A stretch of DNA of 64,000 nucleotides from assembly GCA_046735295.1 (NCBI GenBank), contig JBKPTA010000006.1, positions 26,074 through 90,073 of the forward strand, given 5' to 3'. A program made the translations under genes and the position numbers. Source of the DNA: Actinomycetota bacterium. GTDB taxonomy: Bacteria; Actinomycetota; Actinomycetes; Propionibacteriales; Nocardioidaceae. Within the stretch, counting starts at the first letter, position 1. Each line of letters begins with the position of its first letter. Under the pieces are notes generated by a model. That model did not search any database. It saw only the letters and a list, made by a program, of their open reading frames with translations, and was not told the origin of the DNA. Positions 55,099 through 63,566 of the stretch are shown here, piece after piece.

Positions 55099-56652
55099 AT
55101 GGAACTCAAGGACTACGTCCGCATGGTGCTGTCGCACTGGGCGGGCGTCGTGCTCCTCGCCGTGCTCGGGGTGGTCGCCGGCGTCGGCTTCAACGCCGCG
55201 CAGCCGGAGGTCTACCAGGCCAGCGCCCACCGGTCTGGTCACGGTCGGCAAGACCACCAGCACCTCCGACGCGACCGTCGGTGACGCCCTCGCCAAGAAC
55301 CGCGTGACGTCGTACGTCTCGCTCGCCACGACCACCGAGGTGGCCGACCTCGTGATCGCCGGCGGCGACCTGCAGGGCACCGACCTCCCGACCTCGGCGG
55401 GGGCTCTGGTCGGTCACGTCAGCGTGGAGCAGCCGCTCGACACCGTGTTGATCACCATCAACGCGCGGGCCTCGGACCCGGCGTACGCCGCCACCCTCGC
55501 CAACGCCTGGGTCAAGGCGCTGGCCGAGATGGTCAAGCAGATCGACGGCCCGAAGAAGGCTGCCGGCGGGGCCGGCACCGACTCGACCGCCGAACCCCCG
55601 CAGGGCTCCACATGGTGCCGCTGACCCAGGCTGCCCCGGCCTCGCTGGTCCTCCCCCGCAAGAACCTCAACCTCGTGATCGGTCTGCTGCTCGGAGTTCT
55701 GCTCGGCTTCGGGTACGCGCTGGTGCGCCACCAGTTCGACCGCCGCCTGCGCTCGTCGGGCGCCGTGGAGAGGGAGTTCGGGATCCCGGTGATCGGAATG
55801 ATCCCCCGGTCGTCGCACGTGCGGCACTCCGATGGCCGGGAGCTCGCCCTGGCCGTCACCGGATCGCCCTCGGCGAGCACCGCCAGCACCGCCGAGGGCT
55901 TCCGCAAGCTGCGTACCAACCTCGCGTACGTGGACGTCGACCAGCCGCCCCGGGTGATCGTCGTGACGAGCCCGAAGCCGTCCGACGGCAAGTCGACCGT
56001 CGCAGCCAACCTCGCGGCGGCGATCGCGATCGGTGGCCAGGCGGTGACGTTGATCGACTGCGACCTGCGACGTCCGACGGTGGCCGACTCGCTCGCGATC
56101 GTCGACGGCGCCGGTCTGACCGACGTCCTCGTCGGCCGGGTGACGCCGGCCGAGGTCATGCAGGACCACCCCGACGTACCCGGCCTCCGGGTCCTGGCGT
56201 CCGGCGCGATCCCGCCCAACCCGAGCGAGCTCCTCGGCTCGAAGGCGATGCACTCGCTGATCACCGACCTGGCGCGCGCCGCCATGGTGATCATCGACGC
56301 GCCGCCGCTGCTCCCGGTCACCGACGCCGCCGTCCTCACCCGTTCTGCAGACGGCGCCATCCTCGTCATCACCCACGCCGGCACGCTCGACAGCGAGCTC
56401 GCCGCCTCGCTGAGCCACATCGCCGCCCTGCACAGGCGCACGCTCGGCACCATGTTCAACCGGATGCGCCGCGGCGCGTCGAGCGGGTTCTACGGCGGCG
56501 ACCACCACCGCTACGAGTACGCGCCGGACACCCGCCGCCGGGGGAAGCGGAAGCCGGGTCGGCAGCGATCACGCGGCGCCGACGAGGGCAGGGCGCCGAA
56601 GCCGGCGAACCAGGGCGGCCACGAGCCAGAGCCGAGCACCGCCGCGCACTGA
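55099..56652 (+). pseudogene. Wzz-domain polysaccharide co-polymerase / BY-type protein-tyrosine autokinase, frame interrupted twice
   Basis: Frame 1 (55099-) reads MELKDYVRMVLSHWAGVVLLAVLGVVAGVGFNAAQPEVYQAS. Frame 2 (about 55229-55599) reads TGLVTVGKTTSTSD...VTSYVSLATT...VLITINARASDPAYAATLANAW. Frame 1 resumes (55612-) with VPLTQAAP...PRKNLNLVIGLLLG...VVTSPKPSDGKST (Walker A), LIDCDLRRP (A'), VIIDAPPLLPVTDA (B) and the tail [11 protein letters not shown]. Confidence 0.75.
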
Positions 56653-56662
56653 GGGCGCTCGC

Positions 56663-57490
56663 TCAGTGGCGTACGCCGACCAGCTCGCGGGCCTCGACCG
56701 GCGTCATCGGGTGGCGCTGCGCCAGGGCACCGATCGCGACTGCTCGCTCCACCAGCTGGGCGTTGGACTCCACCGGCACACCCTTGCTGATCGTGAGCAC
56801 GTCCTCCATGCCCACCCGGAGATGGCCACCCTTGGACAGGCTGGCCAGGATCACGCTCAACGTCGAGCGGCCGATGCCGGTGGCCGACCAGCTCGTCGTC
56901 TCTGGCGGCAGGTCCCGGACGGCGGCCACCAGCGCGTCCGTCGTGCCGTTCATGCCCCCCGGCACTCCCATCACGAGGTCGACGTGGACCTTCTCCCCGG
57001 CGGGGAGGCCGTAGGTGTCGAGCAGCCGCCGCATCGCGTGTACCTGACCGAGGTCGAACAGCTCGAACTCCGGCGCGACCCCGCGCTCCTGGGTGAGCTG
57101 GTACAGCTCGCAGACGAACGGCCAGGGGTTGGAGAACACGTCGTTGCCGAAGTTCGTCGTCCCCATGGTCAGGCTGCAGGCGTCCGGCTCGGCGTCGAGA
57201 ACCTCGAGCCGCCGGTCGAGCGGGTCGTGGACGCTGCCGCCCGTCGAGAGCTGGACGACGAGGTCCGTGCTCTCACGCACTGCCGCGACCCACTCCCGGA
57301 GCAGCGCGAGGTCCAGCGTGGGCCGGTGCTCCCGGTCACGCACGTGGATGTGGATCATCGCAGCGCCCGCGCGCTCGCAGTCCTTGGCGGTCTGCGCCAG
57401 CTCCTCGGGCGTGGTCGGCAGACGGGGGCAGTCTTCCTTCGCCGTCTCGGCACCGGTCGGGGCCACGGTGATCAGCAGCGGGTCGCTCAT
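56663..57490 (-). CDS. 3-keto-5-aminohexanoate cleavage enzyme family (BKACE/DUF849)
   Basis: [12 protein letters not shown]...[10 protein letters not shown]...VQLSTGG...HLRVGMED. Confidence 0.8.
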   Translation of the reverse strand: MSDPLLITVAPTGAETAKEDCPRLPTTPEELAQTAKDCERAGAAMIHIHVRDREHRPTLDLALLREWVAAVRESTDLVVQLSTGGSVHDPLDRRLEVLDAEPDACSLTMGTTNFGNDVFSNPWPFVCELYQLTQERGVAPEFELFDLGQVHAMRRLLDTYGLPAGEKVHVDLVMGVPGGMNGTTDALVAAVRDLPPETTSWSATGIGRSTLSVILASLSKGGHLRVGMEDVLTISKGVPVESNAQLVERAVAIGALAQRHPMTPVEARELVGVRH

Positions 57491-57547
57491 GGGCTCATCG
57501 TGTCAGAGGCGGATCCCAGCCGGATCCGAGCGTGTCAGAGTGCCGCC

Positions 57548-57973
57548 ATGCGTGCCGTCGTCCAGACCGTCTCGTCCGCCTCCGTCCGCGTCGACGGCCG
57601 GGACGTCGGACGGCTCGACGAGCCGGGACTGCTCGTCTACCTCGGCGTCACGCACTCCGACGGGCCTGCGGAGGTCGCCTGGATGGCGCGCAAGATCTGG
57701 ACCCTCCGGCTCTTCGCCGACGAACGGGCCGCATCCGATCTCGGCGCCCCGGTGCTGGTCGTGTCGCAGTTCACGCTCTACGGCGACGCGCGGAAGGGCC
57801 GCCGCCCCACGTGGGACGCGGCCGCACCCCGGCCGGTCTCCGAGCCTGTGTACGACGCGGTCTGCGCCGCTCTGGGAACCCTCGGTGCCCGGGTCGAGCG
57901 CGGCGTCTTCGGCGCCCACATGCAGGTCTCCTCGGTCAACGAGGGCCCCCGCACCGTTCTCCTCGAGCGCTGA
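57548..57973 (+). CDS. dtd: D-aminoacyl-tRNA deacylase
   Basis: [17 protein letters not shown]...[18 protein letters not shown]...[18 protein letters not shown]. Confidence 0.9.
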   Translation: MRAVVQTVSSASVRVDGRDVGRLDEPGLLVYLGVTHSDGPAEVAWMARKIWTLRLFADERAASDLGAPVLVVSQFTLYGDARKGRRPTWDAAAPRPVSEPVYDAVCAALGTLGARVERGVFGAHMQVSSVNEGPRTVLLER

Positions 57974-57992
57974 CGGGTCGTCGCCGGATCGG

Positions 57993-58289
57993 TCAGATCG
58001 CGATCGTGACCTCGGAGACCGAGCCCACCGCAGCACGGATCTTCCGGTCGACGGTCTCGGACCGGGGAGCGAGCGTGCGGAGGGTCCAGTCGCCGTCGGC
58101 GGCGAAGAACCGGAAGTGGCCGGTCGCCGAGGTCGGCACCTCTGCAGTGAACTCACCACTCCGGTCGAGCAGCCGTACGTAGGCGTTCGGCACCGGCTCG
58201 CCGTCACGCACGACCTGGCCCTGGACCACCGCCTCCTTCGCGACGTCGATCCCGTCGAGGGAGAGTCCCCCTGCCTTTGCTCCGCACAT
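57993..58289 (-). CDS. DUF1416-domain protein (SseC-like partner of rhodanese)
   Basis: From MCGAKAGGLSLDGIDVAKEAVVQGQVVRDGEPVPNAYVRLLDRSGEFTAEVPTSATGHFRFFA. It lies immediately downstream of the rhodanese gene. Confidence 0.8.
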   Translation of the reverse strand: MCGAKAGGLSLDGIDVAKEAVVQGQVVRDGEPVPNAYVRLLDRSGEFTAEVPTSATGHFRFFAADGDWTLRTLAPRSETVDRKIRAAVGSVSEVTIAI

Positions 58290-59143
58290 CAGGCATCCGC
58301 CTCGCCGCGCTCGTCGCCGAGCACCACGGGTACGCCGACCAGCGAGCCGTACTCGGTCCAGGAGCCGTCGTAGTTCTTCACGTTCTGCTGGTCCAGCAGC
58401 TCGTGGAAGACGAACCACGTGTGCGAGGAACGCTCGCCGATGCGGCAGTACGCGATCGTGTCCTTGTCCCAGTCGACGCCGGCCTCGGTGTAGAGCTCCT
58501 TCAGGTCGTCGTCCGACTTGAACGTCCCGTCGTCGTTGGCCGCCTTGCTCCACGGCACGTTGGCGGCGGTCGGGATGTGCCCGGCCCGCTGTGCCTGCTC
58601 CTGCGGGAGGTGCGCGGGAGCCATCAGCCGGCCGGCGTACTCGTCGGGCGAGCGCACGTCCACGAGGTTCTTGACCCCGATCGCCTCCACGACCTCGTCG
58701 CGGAAGGCGCGGATGGACGTGTCCTGCTCACCCGCGGAGTACGACGTGGCCTGGCGCTGGGGCACGTCGGCCGTCAGCTCGCGACTGTCGAGCTCCCACT
58801 TCTTCCGGCCGCCGTCGAGCAGCTTGACGTCCTGGTGACCGTAGAGCTTGAAGTACCAGTACGCGTAGGCGGCGAACCAGTTGTTGTTGCCCCCGTAGAG
58901 CACGACCGTGTCGTCGTCGGCAACGCCCCGCGATGAGAGCAGGGCCTCGAACTGGGACTTGTTCACGAAGTCGCGGCGCACCTGGTCCTGCAGATCCGTG
59001 GTCCAGTCGAGCTTGATCGCCCCCTTGATGTGCCCCTTGTCGTAGGCGGCGGTGTCCTCGTCGACCTCGACGAGGACGACCTTCGGGTCGTCGAGATGGT
59101 CCTCCACCCACTGGGCGGAGACGAGTGCGGTGTCGCGGCTCAT
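58289..59143 (-). CDS. sseA: thiosulfate sulfurtransferase (tandem rhodanese)
   Basis: Two rhodanese domains are present, with the active-site loop YCRIGERSSHTWF. Confidence 0.9.
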   Translation of the reverse strand: MSRDTALVSAQWVEDHLDDPKVVLVEVDEDTAAYDKGHIKGAIKLDWTTDLQDQVRRDFVNKSQFEALLSSRGVADDDTVVLYGGNNNWFAAYAYWYFKLYGHQDVKLLDGGRKKWELDSRELTADVPQRQATSYSAGEQDTSIRAFRDEVVEAIGVKNLVDVRSPDEYAGRLMAPAHLPQEQAQRAGHIPTAANVPWSKAANDDGTFKSDDDLKELYTEAGVDWDKDTIAYCRIGERSSHTWFVFHELLDQQNVKNYDGSWTEYGSLVGVPVVLGDERGEADA

Positions 59144-59148
59144 GCTGT

Positions 59149-59649
59149 CTACCTTTCTGTACGCCGGGTCACGGCGTGGGTTCGTAGGGTCGGACGGTCA
59201 GGGGCGGTGGCCCGCTGGAGGATCAGGTACATCTCGCAACCCAGGCAGAGCCCCACGGTCGCGTTGAGCAGGGCGGCCACCAGCGCAAGACCGGTGGCGA
59301 CGAGACCGACGACGGACGAGCCGGCCAGGAAGCCCGCCAGGCCGGCCACGGCGAACACCAGGCCCACGGTCTGGGCGAAGCGCGGCGGATCGGGATCCTC
59401 CAGCTCGTCGGGTGGCCCGAGCACGGGACGCACCACGCGCCGGAACGCCACGGCGTACGGCGTGTGCTGCACGCCCCGTACCGCGCCGACCGCGAACACA
59501 GCGGCCTGCGCCGCGAGCAGGACCACCGCCACCCGGGTGGGTGTCAGCAGCACCAGCGCCAGCACGGCCGACGTGAGGGTCGCGGCGACGCGCGGACCAC
59601 GGGGGTCGATCCCAGGGACGGTGCCTGGCGTGGTGGTGACGGTGGACAT
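59149..59649 (-). CDS. DUF4395-domain membrane protein
   Basis: From MSTVTTTPGTVPGIDPRGPRVAA... it is hydrophobic with a C-terminal ...LNATVGLCLGCEMY. The start is preceded by the SD AGGAG. Confidence 0.7.
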   Translation of the reverse strand: MSTVTTTPGTVPGIDPRGPRVAATLTSAVLALVLLTPTRVAVVLLAAQAAVFAVGAVRGVQHTPYAVAFRRVVRPVLGPPDELEDPDPPRFAQTVGLVFAVAGLAGFLAGSSVVGLVATGLALVAALLNATVGLCLGCEMYLILQRATAPDRPTLRTHAVTRRTER

Positions 59650-59722
59650 GGGTCTCCTGACGGCGACGAACGGGAAGAGGGTCCGCCGAGGCAACCGCGC
59701 AAAGGCGGGACGACGGACGTCG

Positions 59723-59800
59723 TCAGGACATCCGACAGAGGGCCGAGCGCACGCGGCAGTGGTCGACGGTGCGTCGCCGCGTCAGGAGCGTGGTGGCCAT
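59723..59800 (-). CDS. candidate 25-aa leader peptide (MATTLLTRRRTVDHCRVRSALCRMS)
   Basis: The short ORF lies 73 nt upstream of the DUF4395-rhodanese-DUF1416 operon on the same strand. It is Arg-rich with two Cys codons. A TACAGT -10-like hexamer lies 7 nt before the ATG, which suggests a leaderless transcript. The peptide pattern resembles actinobacterial 'putative leader peptide' annotations as I recall them. Confidence 0.35.
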   Translation of the reverse strand: MATTLLTRRRTVDHCRVRSALCRMS

Positions 59801-59844
59801 GACCGGAACTGTAGGCAACCGGCCGTCCGGCGAACCACCAAGTC

Positions 59845-59879
59845 GTCCGTCATGCGAGACGCCTATCCGGATGACGGAC
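59845..59879 (-). terminator. 9-bp perfect inverted repeat (GTCCGTCAT ... ATGACGGAC) just after the thioredoxin-like gene stop
   Basis: The arms are at 59845-59853 and 59871-59879 with a 17-nt loop. It could be a terminator or an operator for the downstream leader and operon. Confidence 0.35.
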
Positions 59880-59880
59880 A

Positions 59881-60411
59881 TCACGGCGCCCGCCGGTCCA
59901 GGGCGGCCAGGACCTGGGCGGGTCGCGGCGCCCCGGTGGCACGAGTGACCTCGTGCCCGCCGGCGTCGAGGACGAGCGTCGTCGGTGTCCGGACCACCCC
60001 CAAGGCGCGAACCAGGTCGAGGTGGTGCTCGGCGTCGATCTCGACGTGAGCGACCCCCGGCACGCTGCGCGCGACGTCCGCCAGGACCCTCCGGGTCGCT
60101 CGACACGGGGTGCAGAACGCGGACGAGAACTGCAGCAGCGTCGCTCGCTGTCCCCGCCGTGCGTCGTACGCCGTCCCGGCCAGCACGCCCCCGTCGGTCG
60201 AGAGCCTTCGGTCGGTCGAGGCCCCTCCGTCGGTCGAGGCCTCTTCGTCGGTCGAGGCCCCTCCGTCGGCCGAGCCTGTCGAGACCACGGCCGCGTGGGC
60301 TCCCCGCACCCGCCTGCTCCCCCGGAACACCCCGTTGGTGAGCGTCCACCCCACCGCGACGACCGACGTCACGATGAGGGCGCATACCAGCACCCAGGCT
60401 CCGAGTGTCAT
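59881..60411 (-). CDS. membrane-anchored thioredoxin-family protein with a repeat-encoded linker
   Basis: An N-terminal TM helix (GAWVLVCALIVTSVVAVGW) is followed by the linker STGSADGGASTDEEASTDGGASTDRRLSTDGG and then a Trx fold with a CTPC active site (LLQFSSAFCTPCR). Confidence 0.75.
   Translation of the reverse strand: MTLGAWVLVCALIVTSVVAVGWTLTNGVFRGSRRVRGAHAAVVSTGSADGGASTDEEASTDGGASTDRRLSTDGGVLAGTAYDARRGQRATLLQFSSAFCTPCRATRRVLADVARSVPGVAHVEIDAEHHLDLVRALGVVRTPTTLVLDAGGHEVTRATGAPRPAQVLAALDRRAP
60193..60288. repeat. 18-bp tandem repeat with GTCGGTCGAG core (locus C, 5 units, ends GTCGAGACCAC), in frame inside a CDS
   Basis: Cores start at 60193, 60211, 60229, 60247 and 60265 (the last reads GTCGGCCGAG), an exact 18-nt period. 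The array ends cctGTCGAGACCAC, like locus A. Confidence 0.9.
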
Positions 60412-60463
60412 GCCGAGACAACCTGGCGAGGCATCCGGGCATTCCGGTTCCTAGGCTGGCCGG

Positions 60464-61435
60464 GTGCGCGTGGTGGTGCTGGGAGCCGGCGGGATCGGCG
60501 GCAGCATCGGCGCCCGCCTGCACCAGTCCGGTCACGAGGTCGCGCTGATCGCCCGCGGAGCGCACGGCGACGCGATTCGTGACCGAGGTCTGATGTTCGA
60601 GACGCCGGAGGAGCGGGTCACCGTGCCGATCCCGACGTTCGCCCATCCGCGTGAGGTCGCCTGGAGCAACGCCGACCTGGTGGTGCTGGCCGTGAAGAGC
60701 CAGGACACGGAGGCGGCGGCGCGAGAGCTGTACACCGCCGGTGGCGACGTACCCGTCTTCTCGGCGCAGAACGGCGTGGCCAACGAGCGCACGCTGGCGC
60801 GCTGGTTCCGCCAGGTCCACGGGATGTGCGTGATGATGCCGACCGCTCACCTCGTGCCGGGGGTGGTGCAAGCGCACTCCGTCGGGGCGACAGGCATCCT
60901 CGACCTCGGGTGCTTTCCCGACGGGACCGACGACGTCGACGAGGCACTCGCAACAGCCCTGCGCTCCTCGCGGTTCGAGTGCGTCCCTCGACCGGACATC
61001 ATGCGATGGAAGTACCGCAAGCTGGCCAACAACCTCGGCAACGCCGTGCAGGCGCTCTGCGGCCGTGGTCTCGACTCGCCGGACGCACGCGCTGCGCTCG
61101 ACCTCCTCGCGGCGGAGGCCGATGCCGTGTTCGCGACCGCGGGTATCGACCCGGTGACCGAGCACGAGGACGACGTACGCCGGGCAGACCACCTCAGGAT
61201 CCGCCCGATCGGGGACGAGCCGCGGCCCGGGGGGTCCACGTGGCAGAGCCTCACCCGCGGGTCGGGGATCGAGACCGACTTCCTCAACGGCGAGATCGCC
61301 CTGCTCGGTCGGCTTCACGGCGTCCCCACTCCGGCCAACGCCCGCATCCAGGGCCTGATGGCCGAGGCGGCCGCACGAGGACGGGCACCGGGCTCGATGT
61401 CGGCGACCGAGCTGCTGGCGCAGCTCAGCCGCTAG
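60464..61435 (+). CDS. ketopantoate-reductase-family (PanE/ApbA) oxidoreductase
   Basis: VRVVVLGAGGIGGSIGARLHQSGHEVALIAR..., ...LAVKSQD..., ...STWQSLTRG. Confidence 0.8.
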   Translation: MRVVVLGAGGIGGSIGARLHQSGHEVALIARGAHGDAIRDRGLMFETPEERVTVPIPTFAHPREVAWSNADLVVLAVKSQDTEAAARELYTAGGDVPVFSAQNGVANERTLARWFRQVHGMCVMMPTAHLVPGVVQAHSVGATGILDLGCFPDGTDDVDEALATALRSSRFECVPRPDIMRWKYRKLANNLGNAVQALCGRGLDSPDARAALDLLAAEADAVFATAGIDPVTEHEDDVRRADHLRIRPIGDEPRPGGSTWQSLTRGSGIETDFLNGEIALLGRLHGVPTPANARIQGLMAEAAARGRAPGSMSATELLAQLSR

Positions 61436-62793
61436 GTCGTCGCCTGCGGGACCGTGACCCATGCCTCGGTCGCGCCGCCGACGCGCCGTACGCCGGACGT
61501 GCGGCCGTGCGCGTGTGCGATCGCCGCGACGATGGACAGACCCAGCCCCGCCCCAGCGGACCTCGGTCCCCGCACGAAGCGGTCGGACGCCCGCATGAGG
61601 AGGTCGGGGTCCATGCCCGCGCCGGTGTCGGAGACGACGACCTCGACGTCACCCGAGAGATCACGCGCCTCGAGGCAGACGGTCCCCTCGCCGTGCTCGA
61701 GCGCGTTGGCCACGAGGTTCGTCAGCCCCTGCTGCAGCAGCCGGCGGTCGGCGCGCACCAGGGTGCCGGACGGCGCCACCTCGACCCGGCGCCCGCTCTC
61801 CTCGAGCGAGGCCGTGAACCGGGCGACGACGGAGTCGAAGAGGTCGGCGACGGCAACGGTCTCCAGGTGCACCGGAAGCCCCTGCTCGCCGGACTGCGCG
61901 AGCACGAGCAGGTCCTCCGCCAGCCGCTCGAGGCGGTCGACCTCCGTCGCCGCCGACCCGATCGCCGTCCGGAGCTCGGCGGCGTCGCGCGGCCGCCGTA
62001 GCGCCAGCTCGAGCTCGGTCCGTAGCAGTGCCAACGGGGTCCGGAGCTCGTGGCTCGCGTGGGCGACGAAGGCGCGCTCGCGCTCGAGAGTGTCCTCCAC
62101 CCGGGCGAGCAGCTGGTTGAGGGTGGTGCCCAGCCGGGAGACCTCGTCGTCGCCGTCGGGGATCGGCAGTCGCAGCGCGGGGTCCTCCCCCGTCAGGTCT
62201 GCGGCCCGCCTCCGCATCAGCTCCACCGGCCGCAGCGCCGCGCCGGCGACGACGTAGGCCCCCACGAACGTCAGGACCGTGAGCAGCGGGATCGCGACCA
62301 GGAGCTGGTCCCGGACCCGGCGCAGGGCCTCCAGCCCGTTCTCCCGGGTGATCCCGACGACGAGCACGAGCGGCCTGCCGTTCCTGGTGAACGGCGTGGC
62401 GAGGAGCCGCGCCGGCTCGTCGAGCCCGGGCGCGTTCGGCCGATCCACGGTCACCGTGTCGCTCGACCCCTCAGCGGCCTGCCGCGGCGTGAGGAGGGCC
62501 TGTCCGCTCAGGGTCGGGGTGGCGTCCAGCACGTGACCGGTAGGGGTCACGATCTCGGCGAAGCTCTCCCCGCGCTCGATGAAGCCCGATCCCGACAGCT
62601 CGCGGAGCTTGGCGCCGGGTCGGCTCACCGGGCCCACGAGGTCCTGCGCACGCTGCCGGAGCTCGAGGTCGACGTCCGCGGAGAACCCGGCCGTCAGCCG
62701 CACGTAGCCGAACGCGCCGACCGCCGTCAGCAGGATCGCCGCAACGCCGGCGAAGGCCAGGGCCAGCCGCAGCCGGATGGGAAGCCGTCTCAC
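61432..62793 (-). CDS. two-component sensor histidine kinase (2 TM, HAMP, HisKA, HATPase)
   Basis: The H-box FVAHASHELRTPLALL, the N-box LTNLVANALEHG and the G-box DTGAGM...GAGLGLSIVAAIA are present. Confidence 0.85.
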   Translation of the reverse strand: MRRLPIRLRLALAFAGVAAILLTAVGAFGYVRLTAGFSADVDLELRQRAQDLVGPVSRPGAKLRELSGSGFIERGESFAEIVTPTGHVLDATPTLSGQALLTPRQAAEGSSDTVTVDRPNAPGLDEPARLLATPFTRNGRPLVLVVGITRENGLEALRRVRDQLLVAIPLLTVLTFVGAYVVAGAALRPVELMRRRAADLTGEDPALRLPIPDGDDEVSRLGTTLNQLLARVEDTLERERAFVAHASHELRTPLALLRTELELALRRPRDAAELRTAIGSAATEVDRLERLAEDLLVLAQSGEQGLPVHLETVAVADLFDSVVARFTASLEESGRRVEVAPSGTLVRADRRLLQQGLTNLVANALEHGEGTVCLEARDLSGDVEVVVSDTGAGMDPDLLMRASDRFVRGPRSAGAGLGLSIVAAIAHAHGRTSGVRRVGGATEAWVTVPQATT

Positions 62794-63467
62794 GGAGGGT
62801 CCTCGGTGAGCCGGTAGCCGATGCCGCGGACCGTCTGGAGGGAGGACCGACCGAACGGCCGGTCGATCCGGTCCCGCAGGCCCTTCACGCAGGCGTCCAC
62901 GACGTTCGACCGCGCCTCGTAGGCGATGTCCCAGGCGAGGTGCACCAGCTGCTCGCGGGTCAGCACCTCACCCGGACGGCGAGCCATCGCCTCGAGCAGC
63001 GAGAACTCCTGCGTGGACAGGTCGATCCCGGCACCCGACCTCGACACGCGGCGCGTCCGGAGATCCAGGACCAGGTCCCCCACGCGCAGCTCGTCCCCGG
63101 GTACGACGTTCCCGCGGCGGGCGAGAGCCCTGAGACGCGCCAGCAGCTCGTCGAACGCGAACGGCTTGACGAGGTAGTCGTCGGCACCGGCCTCCAGCCC
63201 GGCGACGCGGTCGGGAACCGAGCCGATGGCTGTCAGCATCAGCACCGGGGTGCGCGCGTCGACGGCGCGGATCCGGCGACACACCTCCAGGCCGTCGAGG
63301 TCCGGCAGCATCAGGTCGAGCACCACGACGTCGTACGGGTGCTCGGTGGCCCGCCACAGGCCGTCGGCGCCGGTGCCGACGACGTCGGCGACGATCCCTT
63401 CCTCGCGCAGGCCGCGCTGCAGCAGGGCGGCAAGCTTGGCCTCGTCCTCGACGAGCAGGATGCGCAC
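62790..63467 (-). CDS. OmpR-family response regulator
   Basis: MRILLVEDEAKLAALLQRGL...VVLDLMLPDLDG...ADDYLVKPF...TVRGIGYRL. Its stop overlaps the kinase start. Confidence 0.9.
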   Translation of the reverse strand: MRILLVEDEAKLAALLQRGLREEGIVADVVGTGADGLWRATEHPYDVVVLDLMLPDLDGLEVCRRIRAVDARTPVLMLTAIGSVPDRVAGLEAGADDYLVKPFAFDELLARLRALARRGNVVPGDELRVGDLVLDLRTRRVSRSGAGIDLSTQEFSLLEAMARRPGEVLTREQLVHLAWDIAYEARSNVVDACVKGLRDRIDRPFGRSSLQTVRGIGYRLTEDPP

Positions 63468-63566
63468 GGCACCAGTGTCCTCGCCCTGATGAGCCGCGGA
63501 TGAGCCTTCACCTGCGGCTCATCTCCGGCGCCTAGCGTGCAGTGGCACCACCACCAAGGAGGAGAC

